A stretch of 64,000 nt of DNA from a virus (lineage: Duplodnaviria; Caudoviricetes): positions 1-64,000 of IMG/VR virus record IMGVR_UViG_2634166429_000001; one strand, given 5' to 3'. Made by a program: the position numbers and the translations under genes. Shown here piece after piece: positions 55,383-63,557 of this stretch. Under the pieces are notes generated by a model. That model saw only the letters and a program-made list of their open reading frames with translations, was not told where the DNA came from and searched no databases. Every line of letters begins with the position of its first letter. The stretch's first letter is position 1.

Positions 55383-55759
55383 CCGCCCCAGTCCAGGCGG
55401 GCCCGACGTCCTCGAGCGTCGGGCCCGTCCGTCCTCTCACCCAGCAGGAACTGGCTGTCCTCCAGTACGTCTCGGAGGGTCTGACGTACTTGGAGATAGC
55501 TGAGAGGACGGGGTACAGCCGCAACGGGGTCCTGAAGACCAGCACGCGGATCCTGCGGAAGCTGGATGCCAAGAGCCAGGCGCACGCCGTGTTCTTGGCC
55601 TGTCAGGCCGGGATTCTCGATCCGAAGCGCCGTCACGGAGACCATGCCGGGTTCGCCGCTCACCAATACCGCGGCGAGGAGCCGTGCGACCGGTGTTGGG
55701 ACGGCGAGCGGGAGTACCGGCGGGAGCGCCGTGCAGCCCGGAAAGCCAACGCAGCGTAG
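55379..55759 (+). CDS. LuxR-type HTH protein with C-terminal Cys motif
   Basis: 'LTQQELAVL..GLTYLEIA..ILRKL..HAV','HG..H..EEPCDRC'. Confidence 0.8.
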   Translation: MTAPVQAGPTSSSVGPVRPLTQQELAVLQYVSEGLTYLEIAERTGYSRNGVLKTSTRILRKLDAKSQAHAVFLACQAGILDPKRRHGDHAGFAAHQYRGEEPCDRCWDGEREYRRERRAARKANAA

Positions 55760-55865
55760 CCGGACTGCACCTGTGAACCGGACATCTTAGACACGTCCGT
55801 CGGCCTGATACCCGGCCCGTCCGAGTCCCGCTTACCCACCGTCACATCCGCCCCGTGGAGGGCCC

Positions 55866-56102
55866 ATGCTCCGCAAATACCTGCCCGTCATCACCTCCAC
55901 CGTCTTCTTCGTCGGCTTCGGCATCACCTTCGGCATCCTCTGGTGGGCTGTCACAGGCCGTACCAGCCCGCCCTGGTGGCTGGGCGTCCTCCTCGTCGCG
56001 GTCGCCGCGTTCATAGCCGACCTGGCCGAGCAGGCCGTACGCGCCATCCGCGGCCGCCGTAACCGGACGGGGCCCACCCCGCGGCACCGTAAGGCCGTGT
56101 GA
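55866..56102 (+). CDS. Small membrane protein
   Basis: Two TM segments; GGAGG RBS. Confidence 0.65.
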   Translation: MLRKYLPVITSTVFFVGFGITFGILWWAVTGRTSPPWWLGVLLVAVAAFIADLAEQAVRAIRGRRNRTGPTPRHRKAV

Positions 56103-56311
56103 TGGGCGCCGCCCGTACCGACTGCCCGTCCTGCCTGAAGCCCGTGCTCATGTCCGAGTACGGGCGCCTGGACGAGCACGGCAGCCCGCGCTGTGAACGG
56201 TCCGGGAAACGCGTGGGCCGCATCTGGCCTGCCAAGCACTTCGGCCGACGTGTGCAGACCGTGCCCGGCCCCGACACCTGGAACCCCACCGCCCTCGAAG
56301 GAGCAGCATGA
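56099..56311 (+). CDS. Small Cys-containing protein
   Basis: Coupled ORF. Confidence 0.5.
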   Translation: MMGAARTDCPSCLKPVLMSEYGRLDEHGSPRCERSGKRVGRIWPAKHFGRRVQTVPGPDTWNPTALEGAA

Positions 56312-56490
56312 CCAGCAGAGCAGCCCATTTCGCGGCCGCCTACGCCGCACTCACGGCAGCGCACGAGGTCGCCGACCACTGGGTCCAAATCGACGACCAG
56401 GCCGTCCACAAGGGCGGGGCCGGGCGCGACGGCGTGATCGCCTGCGCCGGGCACGTCATCACCTACACCGCCACGCAGGCTGTCGCAGCT
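56308..56490 (+). pseudogene. 5' fragment of DUF3307-like membrane protein
   Basis: 'AHEVADHWVQ..QAVHKG..HV' then reading frame degenerates. Confidence 0.65.
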
Positions 56491-56843
56491 GGCGTGCCGG
56501 CTCGATGCATCCGACGTGTCTGGTGCGGGGGCGGGTGCACTGCGGGACGGAGGACCGGCATGGGCAGGTGGAGGCGGTGGCCCGGTATGCGGTCGGGGTG
56601 GGGCGGGTGCTGGGGATGCCGGGCGGGTCGGTGTGGCCGCTTCTGGTGGTGCACGGCTCTGCGGTGGCCGGCGGGGAGCTGGCGCCGAACGTGGTGGTGG
56701 AGGGGTGGTCGGGTCCGGTGTACGTGTTGTCCGCGGACCGTCTCGTGTCCCGGCTGGCGGCCGCGCCGAAGGGGGTTCGGGATCCGGTGCGGGCTGCTGC
56801 GGTCGCGGGGAGGGTCGATCAGGTGCTGCGCCCCTACCATTGA
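56490..56843 (+). pseudogene. 3' fragment of NERD-like nuclease-related protein
   Basis: Different frame 'GRVHCG..VWPLLVVHGSAVAGG..LRPY' with no start. Confidence 0.55.
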
Positions 56844-56885
56844 GCACAGCCAGGGCGTACGGTGATCGCACGCCTGGGGGGCACT

Positions 56886-56923
56886 CGCCCGTCACCTGTT
56901 TGCGCAGGTGGCGGGCGTTTTTT
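56886..56923 (+). terminator. Intrinsic terminator
   Basis: CGCCCGTCACCTG-N6-CAGGTGGCGGGCG-TTTTTT. Confidence 0.85.
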
Positions 56924-56936
56924 CATGCCCGTAGGA

Positions 56937-56952
56937 TCGAACGCGTGAACGA
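56937..56952. promoter_or_regulatory. LexA (SOS) box overlapping TAGGAT -10
   Basis: TCGAAC-GCGT-GAACGA fits actinobacterial TCGAAC-N4-GNNCGA. Confidence 0.65.
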
Positions 56953-56953
56953 T

Positions 56954-57283
56954 ATGTCGACAAGTGAGCGTCTCGCGAAGCAGCGCACCCTGGAGGAGTG
57001 GCTGGTCTGGCAGCTGGCCCAGACCCGGCAGACGATCCGCACGCTGGAGGTGCAGGAGGAGCGGGAGAAGCGTCAGGCGGAACGGGCGTGGGTGGAAGCC
57101 CGGTGGAAGCTGGAGCCGGCCCGGAACCGCCGGTCGGTGCTGCATCGGGGCGGGTGCGGGATCTGGAAGGGCGAGGCGGGGTTCCTGGAGCGGGGCGAAG
57201 TACTGCTGGCGCTGGGGGACGACAGTCTGGTGGTGGAGATGTGCGGGGTGTGCAACCCGGAGCCGGGACTGCGGCAGCCGTAG
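56954..57283 (+). CDS. DUF6233-like protein
   Basis: 'VLHRGGC...CGVCNPE'; alternative leaderless GTG start at 56945. Confidence 0.75.
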   Translation: MSTSERLAKQRTLEEWLVWQLAQTRQTIRTLEVQEEREKRQAERAWVEARWKLEPARNRRSVLHRGGCGIWKGEAGFLERGEVLLALGDDSLVVEMCGVCNPEPGLRQP

Positions 57284-57313
57284 ACGTGACACCTACCGAC
57301 AACGCGCAGGCGT

Positions 57314-58075
57314 TCAGGCCTTGCGGAGGGTGTAGTTCGCCAGCATCTGCTTCAGCCCCGGAAGGTCGAACGGCGGCGTGAACCGGCCGGCGTCGACCGG
57401 GTTGTAGTAGCCGCCGTTCGGCGCGCACATCAGGGGCCGGGTGCCGGTCGCGGTGGTCACGCACTCGTACGACTCCACGGTCCCGTCCTTGTCGCGATCC
57501 TCGTTGGGATGGTCCAGGCCCAGGACATGCCCGAGTTCATGCGTGACCGCGTTCTTCCTGTACCCCTCGTTCTTCGTCGCGTCCGTGGAGAACCAGGCGG
57601 GGGTCGACCAGTACTCGGAGTCGACGAGGACGTGGCCTCCCCAGGCTGAGCCGTCTGCGACGGCGTAGCAGGGGCGTCCCTGGCTGACGCCGGTCTGGCC
57701 GGTGGGCCGGTAGGTGTAGTGGACGACGATGCGGTGGTAGGTGGGGCAGGAGGTTGCGGGGGTGGTGTCGAGGAGGGTGGAGACGGTGATGGGGACGCCG
57801 ACGTCGGTGGTGACCTGGTTGGCGGGTGCGGTGAAGTACGCGGCGAGTTTGGTGCGGGCTGTGTCGTCGGCGAACACGATGGTGTACCGGTCGGGGGACA
57901 GGCTGTACACGCCGGCCGATGTGAATGCCTTCCATCCGTTCCCTGCGTAGACGGGCCCGGTTGCGCCGTGGGCGGGTGGTGCGGAGGCGGTGAGGAGGGC
58001 CAGGACGGCGACGAGTGCGGCGGTCAGGGCGGTGACGATACGGCGCGTACTGGGACGCGAAGGGGTGGAAGGCAT
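57314..58075 (-). CDS. Secreted zinc metalloprotease (metzincin/matrixin-like)
   Basis: Signal peptide ending AHG; HELGHVLGLDH; Met-turn 'PLM'. Confidence 0.85.
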   Translation of the reverse strand: MPSTPSRPSTRRIVTALTAALVAVLALLTASAPPAHGATGPVYAGNGWKAFTSAGVYSLSPDRYTIVFADDTARTKLAAYFTAPANQVTTDVGVPITVSTLLDTTPATSCPTYHRIVVHYTYRPTGQTGVSQGRPCYAVADGSAWGGHVLVDSEYWSTPAWFSTDATKNEGYRKNAVTHELGHVLGLDHPNEDRDKDGTVESYECVTTATGTRPLMCAPNGGYYNPVDAGRFTPPFDLPGLKQMLANYTLRKA

Positions 58076-58082
58076 GCCCTTC

Positions 58083-58117
58083 AGTCTGGGCACGAAACCG
58101 GGACGTGTTGCCCCTGC
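58083..58117 (-). promoter_or_regulatory. Phage promoter motif A copy 3: GCAGGGGCAACACG-N15-CAGACT-N7-ATG
   Basis: Leaderless geometry for the protease gene. Confidence 0.75.
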
Positions 58118-58293
58118 TCAAACGGGGCCGGGTGTGCGTGTGGCCCGGTCCCACAGGGAGGACCGGGCCACGTTTCCCTGGCACGCGACGCGGATTGCGG
58201 CCGGGAGCCTTGTGGCTGGCGCCGCTACGGGGGACGAGACGGCGCCAGCTCCGTTCGGGAGTCTGCCACGCGGCACTGACAACGCGGGACGGT

Positions 58294-58758
58294 TCAGGCG
58301 GGAATCCACTCGTCGTTCAGGCGGACCAGAGGCGTGGGGCACCACGTGCAGATGCCGGGAGTCTGGGTGTCACCGACCTGGGGAACCTCGATGACGTCCT
58401 CGTGCCCGCACTCCGGTACGACCGTGCCCATGTCAGGGCGCAGCGCCTCGAGAACGTGGAGGAGCTGTAGGAGGGCGTAGTCGTTGGACTTCGCGGTCGT
58501 GGTCAGCGCGTCGACGTCCGCGGCCAGGAGACGGTAGGCGGGGAAGTCGTAGGTGGCTGCGTCGGTGCCGTCGCTGTACAGGTCGTACGGGTGTTCTTCC
58601 AGCTCGAGGTGGAGGTACGGGAAGTCCTCGTTGGTGACGTGGAGGGAGGATTCGGCGAGGTAGCCGGCGTCGGTGGAGCCGTCTGAGGTGATGTAGAGGC
58701 GGCGGTCTCCTGCGAGGCGGCGCAGGCGTACGGGCGAGCGGACCTGGAATTTGGGCAT
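58294..58758 (-). CDS. Hypothetical protein
   Basis: TGATG coupling with HAD gene; C-terminal Cys motifs. Confidence 0.6.
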   Translation of the reverse strand: MPKFQVRSPVRLRRLAGDRRLYITSDGSTDAGYLAESSLHVTNEDFPYLHLELEEHPYDLYSDGTDAATYDFPAYRLLAADVDALTTTAKSNDYALLQLLHVLEALRPDMGTVVPECGHEDVIEVPQVGDTQTPGICTWCPTPLVRLNDEWIPA

Positions 58759-59138
58759 CACATCACCTGGGCTAGGTCGAGCAGGGCCTGGTCCCAGGTG
58801 GTGAAGCGGATGCCGCGGTCGTCGATGTAGGCGATGGCGGGCAGCTTCCGGTCGGTGACGAGGAGGACGCCGGTTTCGTTCCAGAACTCGCGCTTCGGGT
58901 GGTCGGGCCCGGGAACGTCGACCATGGTGTCGAATCCGTGGTCGGCGAGCCAACAGGCGACGGTGGTGGCGTCGCGGGTGGTGTGGATGAAGACGGCGTA
59001 CGTCTTGGTCAGATGCTCGAGGGCTTCAAGGGTGCCGGGGAGGGGCGGGTCGTAGATGGTGCCGTCTTGCCAGCCGCGGCTGTAGGCGTGGATGACGCCG
59101 TCGAAGTCGATGGCGAGGGTTTGGGGGTGGGAGCTCAT
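58758..59138 (-). CDS. HAD-superfamily hydrolase (nucleotidase-like)
   Basis: 'AIDFDGVIH','IHTTR','RKLPAIAYIDDRG'. Confidence 0.8.
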   Translation of the reverse strand: MSSHPQTLAIDFDGVIHAYSRGWQDGTIYDPPLPGTLEALEHLTKTYAVFIHTTRDATTVACWLADHGFDTMVDVPGPDHPKREFWNETGVLLVTDRKLPAIAYIDDRGIRFTTWDQALLDLAQVM

Positions 59139-59145
59139 GGGCTCT

Positions 59146-59180
59146 ACCGTCCCGCTGATCCGCCGTCGTGTTGCCCCTGC
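59146..59180 (-). promoter_or_regulatory. Phage promoter motif A copy 4: GCAGGGGCAACACG-N15-GACGGT-N7-ATG
   Basis: Leaderless geometry for the HAD gene. Confidence 0.75.
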
Positions 59181-59232
59181 CCGGGGCCCGGCAGGGTGCT
59201 GGGGGCACGTCCTGCCGGGCCGGCCGTGGGTG

Positions 59233-59418
59233 TCAGCCCCACCAGGTGTCGAGGGGGGCGACTGTCGGCAGTTCGATCGTCGCGTCGGCGGTGGTGGTGT
59301 CGACGGTGACCGTGGTGGTGGTCTCGGCGGCGTGCGCGGTCGCGGTGAGTGCGGTGCCGGTGAGGGTGGCGGTGGTGAGGGCTGCGGTGGCCAGGATGCG
59401 GCGCAGGGTGGGCTTCAC
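59233..59418 (-). CDS. Small secreted pro-peptide (61 aa) ending DTWWG
   Basis: AAAGGGA RBS; basic N-region, Ala/Thr/Leu core, AHA|A cleavage site; 3' hairpin at about 59186-59220. Confidence 0.75.
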   Translation of the reverse strand: MKPTLRRILATAALTTATLTGTALTATAHAAETTTTVTVDTTTADATIELPTVAPLDTWWG

Positions 59419-59700
59419 GAGCGGTCCCTTTCTGGGCGTCAGCAGGGTCGGTAGGGATGCTGATGGGGCGTCTTGCCCGGTGTGTCGTACTCTGATCCGC
59501 TGCGATCCCCATGTCCGGGTGCGTGTTCTGGCAGTAGACGCGCGAGGGTGTTGGGGAGGATGTGGAGTACGAGCGCCGGGGGACGCCCCGCAGCTAATTT
59601 GCCTTACGCTGGTTCGACTCTCAACTGTTGTCGTGTGCGTGTGTGTGCATTGCGTGTTGGTGCAGTCGTGCGGTTTGTTTTGGGCGGGGGATCATAAGCG

Positions 59701-60780
59701 TTGGCCATAGATTTCGGTAAGGGTGACGCAGGGTGTTTGTCTCCGGCTGCCGTGGACGCGTTCGCGCTGATCGCGGCCGGTGAGGACCCATCGGAGCGGA
59801 TGCCTGACGCGGTCGCCGAACTGTTGGAACTCGGTTTGGTGGTGCGGGATGTGCGGGAGGGTCACCGGCTGGTCCCGTTGAATCCGCGGGATGTTCTCCG
59901 ACGCCGCATGATGATCGAATTCGGGGCGTTGGACGACTGCCTGTCCCGCATGCGGAGCCTGCCCGGGACGGTGTTGGCGCTCGAGGACGCTTTCGAGCGT
60001 TCCCAGCTGCATGCCGGTGGCCGATCCGAGTTCATTCCGGATCCGGTGGTGGTGAATGCGCGTCTTCAGGATGTGGTGGGCGGTGCGCAGTTCGAGATCC
60101 TGGCGGCGCAGCCGGCCGGGCCGCGGACGAAGGAGCACCTGGAGGCGGGCAGGGGCCGGGACACTGACGCTTTAGAACGCGGTGTCACGCTTCGGACCCT
60201 GTACCGGGCGACTGTCCGCGACAACCCGGTGACGGCGGAGCATGCCCGGATGATGGCCAACCGGCCCGACGGGCGGTCAGCCGAGTTCCGTACGCTCGCC
60301 GAACCGTTCGAGCGGGCCATCATCGTCGACCGCCGGACGGCGTTCATCTCGAACACGGTTGTGCCGGGCGCGCACGAAAACTCGGCGTGGCAGATCACTG
60401 ACGGGGCTTTCGTCGCGTACGTCGTCTCGGAATTCGAATCCCGGTGGAAGCGGGCAGACCCCTGGTTCGGGGAGCTCCGGCCGCGCACGGGCTGGCCGGC
60501 CGTCGACACGGTGTCCGGGGCCCAGGGCGTACGGACGACGAAAGAGGAGCGGGAGATCCTGCGGGAACTGTGCTCGGGCCGGGACCAGAAGGGCGCCGCA
60601 CGGCAGTTGGGAATCTCCCTGCGCACGTTCAACGCGAAGGTCGCGAAGTTGCGGGAGCTGTTCGATGCGGAGTCGGTCCCGGAGCTGACTTTCAAGTGGG
60701 CGCTATCGCCGGACCGGCACGTCGACGACAGCGAAGGCGGCACGGCAGCCGCGGGCGAGGCCGGGTTATCCGCCGCCTAG
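59701..60780 (+). CDS. TrmB-like/PLD-fold sensor plus LuxR HTH regulator, with two TTA codons
   Basis: 'LLELGLV','ALERGVTLRTLY','IIVDRRTAF', C-terminal 'EREIL..AARQLGISLRT'; TTA at 60172 and 60766. Confidence 0.85.
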   Translation: MAIDFGKGDAGCLSPAAVDAFALIAAGEDPSERMPDAVAELLELGLVVRDVREGHRLVPLNPRDVLRRRMMIEFGALDDCLSRMRSLPGTVLALEDAFERSQLHAGGRSEFIPDPVVVNARLQDVVGGAQFEILAAQPAGPRTKEHLEAGRGRDTDALERGVTLRTLYRATVRDNPVTAEHARMMANRPDGRSAEFRTLAEPFERAIIVDRRTAFISNTVVPGAHENSAWQITDGAFVAYVVSEFESRWKRADPWFGELRPRTGWPAVDTVSGAQGVRTTKEEREILRELCSGRDQKGAARQLGISLRTFNAKVAKLRELFDAESVPELTFKWALSPDRHVDDSEGGTAAAGEAGLSAA

Positions 60781-60787
60781 GACCTTC

Positions 60788-61549
60788 TCAAGCATCTGCG
60801 CCCTCGAGGTCGGCGCCGCCCAGCACAAGGCGCAGGCGGGCGCGCTGCGGGATGGGGTCCTTGCCAGGAGTAGGCCAGTTGTCGGCCACAACGCCGTACG
60901 TCTTCGACGGTTCCCAGAAACTGTCGATCTTCCACACCGCGGCCTCCTTGTACAGGCGGGCCCAGGCCTCCTCCTGCCCCTCAGCCATGAGGTACGAGGT
61001 GATGAGTCCGCCCGCGTTCGGGATGGGTTCCGGTCCAGGGTTGGCCAGACGCTGGGCCCGGAGGTCGCGCCCCCACGGTTCGTGACGTCGGCAGTACCAG
61101 ACCGCGGTCCGCCACCCAGTCTCCTGGTCGACGGTGTAGTCCCGGTCGGTGGCGTGCTGCCCGCACAGGCCGGCGCGCCGGATCATGGGCGCTGCGCAGA
61201 CCCGCTGCCCCCATTCGACGTGCTTGTCTTCGTAGCGGGGCCGGTCTGCGTATACGAGGTCGGCGAGGCGGGATCCTCGGCGCGGTCCTGGGCCGTACTC
61301 TCCGAGGATCTTCGAGGCGCGTTTCCTCCAGCTGATCTGGGTGCCGTCGGTGTCGTAGCGGTCGGGGTCGCGTGCGGACAGCCAGGCGAGGAGGAGGATC
61401 AGTTCACGGGCTTCTGGGGTCATGCGCTGGTCTTGGTAGACGCGGGCTACGAGAGCGTCGTAGCCGTCGCCTCCGCTGCCGCCGCCCTTCCTCTTCCGCT
61501 TCCGCACGGGCGCCTGCTGGACGTGCGCGAGGTGCAGGGCTGCTCCCAC
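60788..61549 (-). CDS. Hypothetical protein
   Basis: GAGGAGG RBS; Cys motifs. Confidence 0.7.
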   Translation of the reverse strand: MGAALHLAHVQQAPVRKRKRKGGGSGGDGYDALVARVYQDQRMTPEARELILLLAWLSARDPDRYDTDGTQISWRKRASKILGEYGPGPRRGSRLADLVYADRPRYEDKHVEWGQRVCAAPMIRRAGLCGQHATDRDYTVDQETGWRTAVWYCRRHEPWGRDLRAQRLANPGPEPIPNAGGLITSYLMAEGQEEAWARLYKEAAVWKIDSFWEPSKTYGVVADNWPTPGKDPIPQRARLRLVLGGADLEGADA

Positions 61550-61550
61550 G

Positions 61551-61949
61551 TCAGTCCTCCTCGTCGGTGATGGCTTCGATGCGCAGGCCGGGCTGTTGGC
61601 CGTTCACGGTGTGGCAGTGTCCGTCGGGTGACGTGACGACGAAGTCGAGGCCGCGGTTGCCGGCGCTGGACCACTGCCAGGCGTCGGCGATCTCGCCCTC
61701 GTAGATGACGCGGACGCGTGTGCCCTTCCGGGCGAGCGCACGGAGGCGGGCTTCCTCGTCGCTGAGGGCGTGCATGGGGCGGGGTTTCGGTGCGTGCATG
61801 ACGGTGACCTGGGTGGGGTGCAGGCCGGGTACGGGGTTTGGGCACTTGCAGGCGACCTGCTCGGGGTCGGGCGGTTCGACCTTGCAGGACTTGTCGCAGG
61901 ATCGGCAGTACCAGACCAGGAGCGTCGTCTCGGACATTGGCTCGGTCAT
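61551..61949 (-). CDS. Hypothetical protein
   Basis: GGAGG RBS; CxxC motifs. Confidence 0.6.
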   Translation of the reverse strand: MTEPMSETTLLVWYCRSCDKSCKVEPPDPEQVACKCPNPVPGLHPTQVTVMHAPKPRPMHALSDEEARLRALARKGTRVRVIYEGEIADAWQWSSAGNRGLDFVVTSPDGHCHTVNGQQPGLRIEAITDEED

Positions 61950-61951
61950 CG

Positions 61952-62521
61952 TCAGCCCTCCCGTCCCGGTCGGCGAGCTTGGCGGACAGCGCGGGCCACG
62001 GAACGGCCGACTTCCGCAGCGTCCTGCGGTTCGGCGGGCACGCTGACGGTGGTCTTGCTGCTGCGCCCGGAGTACCAGGGCAGGGCCAGGCCGTCGTTCT
62101 CCGCTCGCGGCACTAGGTGCAGGTGGAGGTGCCAGACACTCTGAGTCGCTTCTCTGCCCTTGCTGGTGATCAGGTTCATGGGGCTGCGCATCTGATTGCC
62201 GAGGAGAGCGGCCTTGGCCATGGTCCGGGCCGCAACGTAGGTGGAGGCCGTGAAGTCCTCTACGTGCGTCTTCGGAATGACGAGGGTATGTCCTTCCACG
62301 ACGGGGTTGTGGGGGACGATGGCGATGACGTCGTCCCACTCGCGGACGATCGTGGCGGGTGCTTCGCCGGCGACGATGTCGCAGAACGGGCAGCCGGGCT
62401 TGGCTACGCGTTCGGGGAAGTAGACCAGGCCCTTGTTGTAGCTGGGGTGGGCCGGGTTGGCGAGGCATACGGCGGGGTCGGCGTCCTTGCAGTGCCAGCA
62501 TGCGTGAGCGGCGTCGGTCAT
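61952..62521 (-). CDS. HIT-family nucleotide hydrolase
   Basis: 'CPFCDIVAG','GHTLVIPK','QSVWHLHLHLVPR'. Confidence 0.88.
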   Translation of the reverse strand: MTDAAHACWHCKDADPAVCLANPAHPSYNKGLVYFPERVAKPGCPFCDIVAGEAPATIVREWDDVIAIVPHNPVVEGHTLVIPKTHVEDFTASTYVAARTMAKAALLGNQMRSPMNLITSKGREATQSVWHLHLHLVPRAENDGLALPWYSGRSSKTTVSVPAEPQDAAEVGRSVARAVRQARRPGREG

Positions 62522-62964
62522 CGGGCGTCTCCGCGGGTGATGTGGTGGATGGCGTCGGCGGCCGTCTTGGTGAGGATCGTGTCGGGGAGGCGTTCGAGCC
62601 AGGCGAGGGCCATTTGGTCCAGGCGGGCCACCTTCCGTTCGGCTTCCTCGCCGGCTCGGAGGTGGGCGTTGATGCTGGCGTTGAGCGGCGCCCCGAAGCG
62701 GTGGGCGCGGGCGATCTGCTGGAGGGCGTCCCAGAACGCGCGGGCGGCGGTGTCGGGGGTGTAGTCGGGCCCGTATTCGAGGCGGCCGTCGGGGTGGATG
62801 GTGACGAGCGTGGTCCCATTGCGGCCTTGGACGCTGATGCTGTCGGGGGTGACGGGGCTGGCGGCCCACTGCTGGACGGCGCTGCTGGTGATGTACGTTG
62901 CGGCGGCGCTGAGGTCGTGGTCGAGGGGCGTGGTGCTGGTGTCGGGGGTGCTGGAGTCGCTCAC
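62518..62964 (-). CDS. Hypothetical protein
   Basis: Coupled; AAGGAG RBS. Confidence 0.6.
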   Translation of the reverse strand: MSDSSTPDTSTTPLDHDLSAAATYITSSAVQQWAASPVTPDSISVQGRNGTTLVTIHPDGRLEYGPDYTPDTAARAFWDALQQIARAHRFGAPLNASINAHLRAGEEAERKVARLDQMALAWLERLPDTILTKTAADAIHHITRGDAR

Positions 62965-63557
62965 GGTGTGGTGGGCTCCTTGTTCTCGAGGGCGGGGCAG
63001 GTGGGGTGCTGCTGGAGGGCTTGGTCGATTGCGAACGGGTGGTCGTACAGGCTTGACGGGGGCAACCAGCTCTCGCCGCGGGCCGGGCAGGTCTTGCACT
63101 TCCAGAACTCGCCGTTCCGGTCCCGTTCCAGGGTGAAGCGGTCGTAGAACGGAGCGAGTTTCGCTGCCCGGCGGGTCCAGATGGTGGTGCGGGTCTTGTA
63201 CTCGCGGTAGGTGGATCCGCTGCCGGTTTCGGGCTGGTCTACGGCTCGGTTCCATCCGGGCTGGTAGTCGGGGTGGGTTCGCCAGATGCGTGCGAGGCCG
63301 GTCATGGTCAGGCAGGGGACGCCTCCGGCGGAGGGGCTGCATGTTCGGCATCGGCCTGCGGATTGGCCGCGGAGGTCGATCCAGATGTTGTGCTGGGAGG
63401 CGATGAGGTAGAGGGAGTCGATGCGGTTGGACTCGGCGTCACGGGCGGGACCGGGCGGCATCTCGTCGGCAGCAGCCTGGGCGTCGGCGAGGCGGGCGTA
63501 GACGAAGTCCTCGCAGCGGAACTCCCACCGCCAGTGCGGGTCATCGGGGCCCGTCAT
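62961..63557 (-). CDS. Hypothetical protein (DUF6221-like 'HPDYQPGW')
   Basis: Coupled ORF. Confidence 0.6.
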   Translation of the reverse strand: MTGPDDPHWRWEFRCEDFVYARLADAQAAADEMPPGPARDAESNRIDSLYLIASQHNIWIDLRGQSAGRCRTCSPSAGGVPCLTMTGLARIWRTHPDYQPGWNRAVDQPETGSGSTYREYKTRTTIWTRRAAKLAPFYDRFTLERDRNGEFWKCKTCPARGESWLPPSSLYDHPFAIDQALQQHPTCPALENKEPTTP

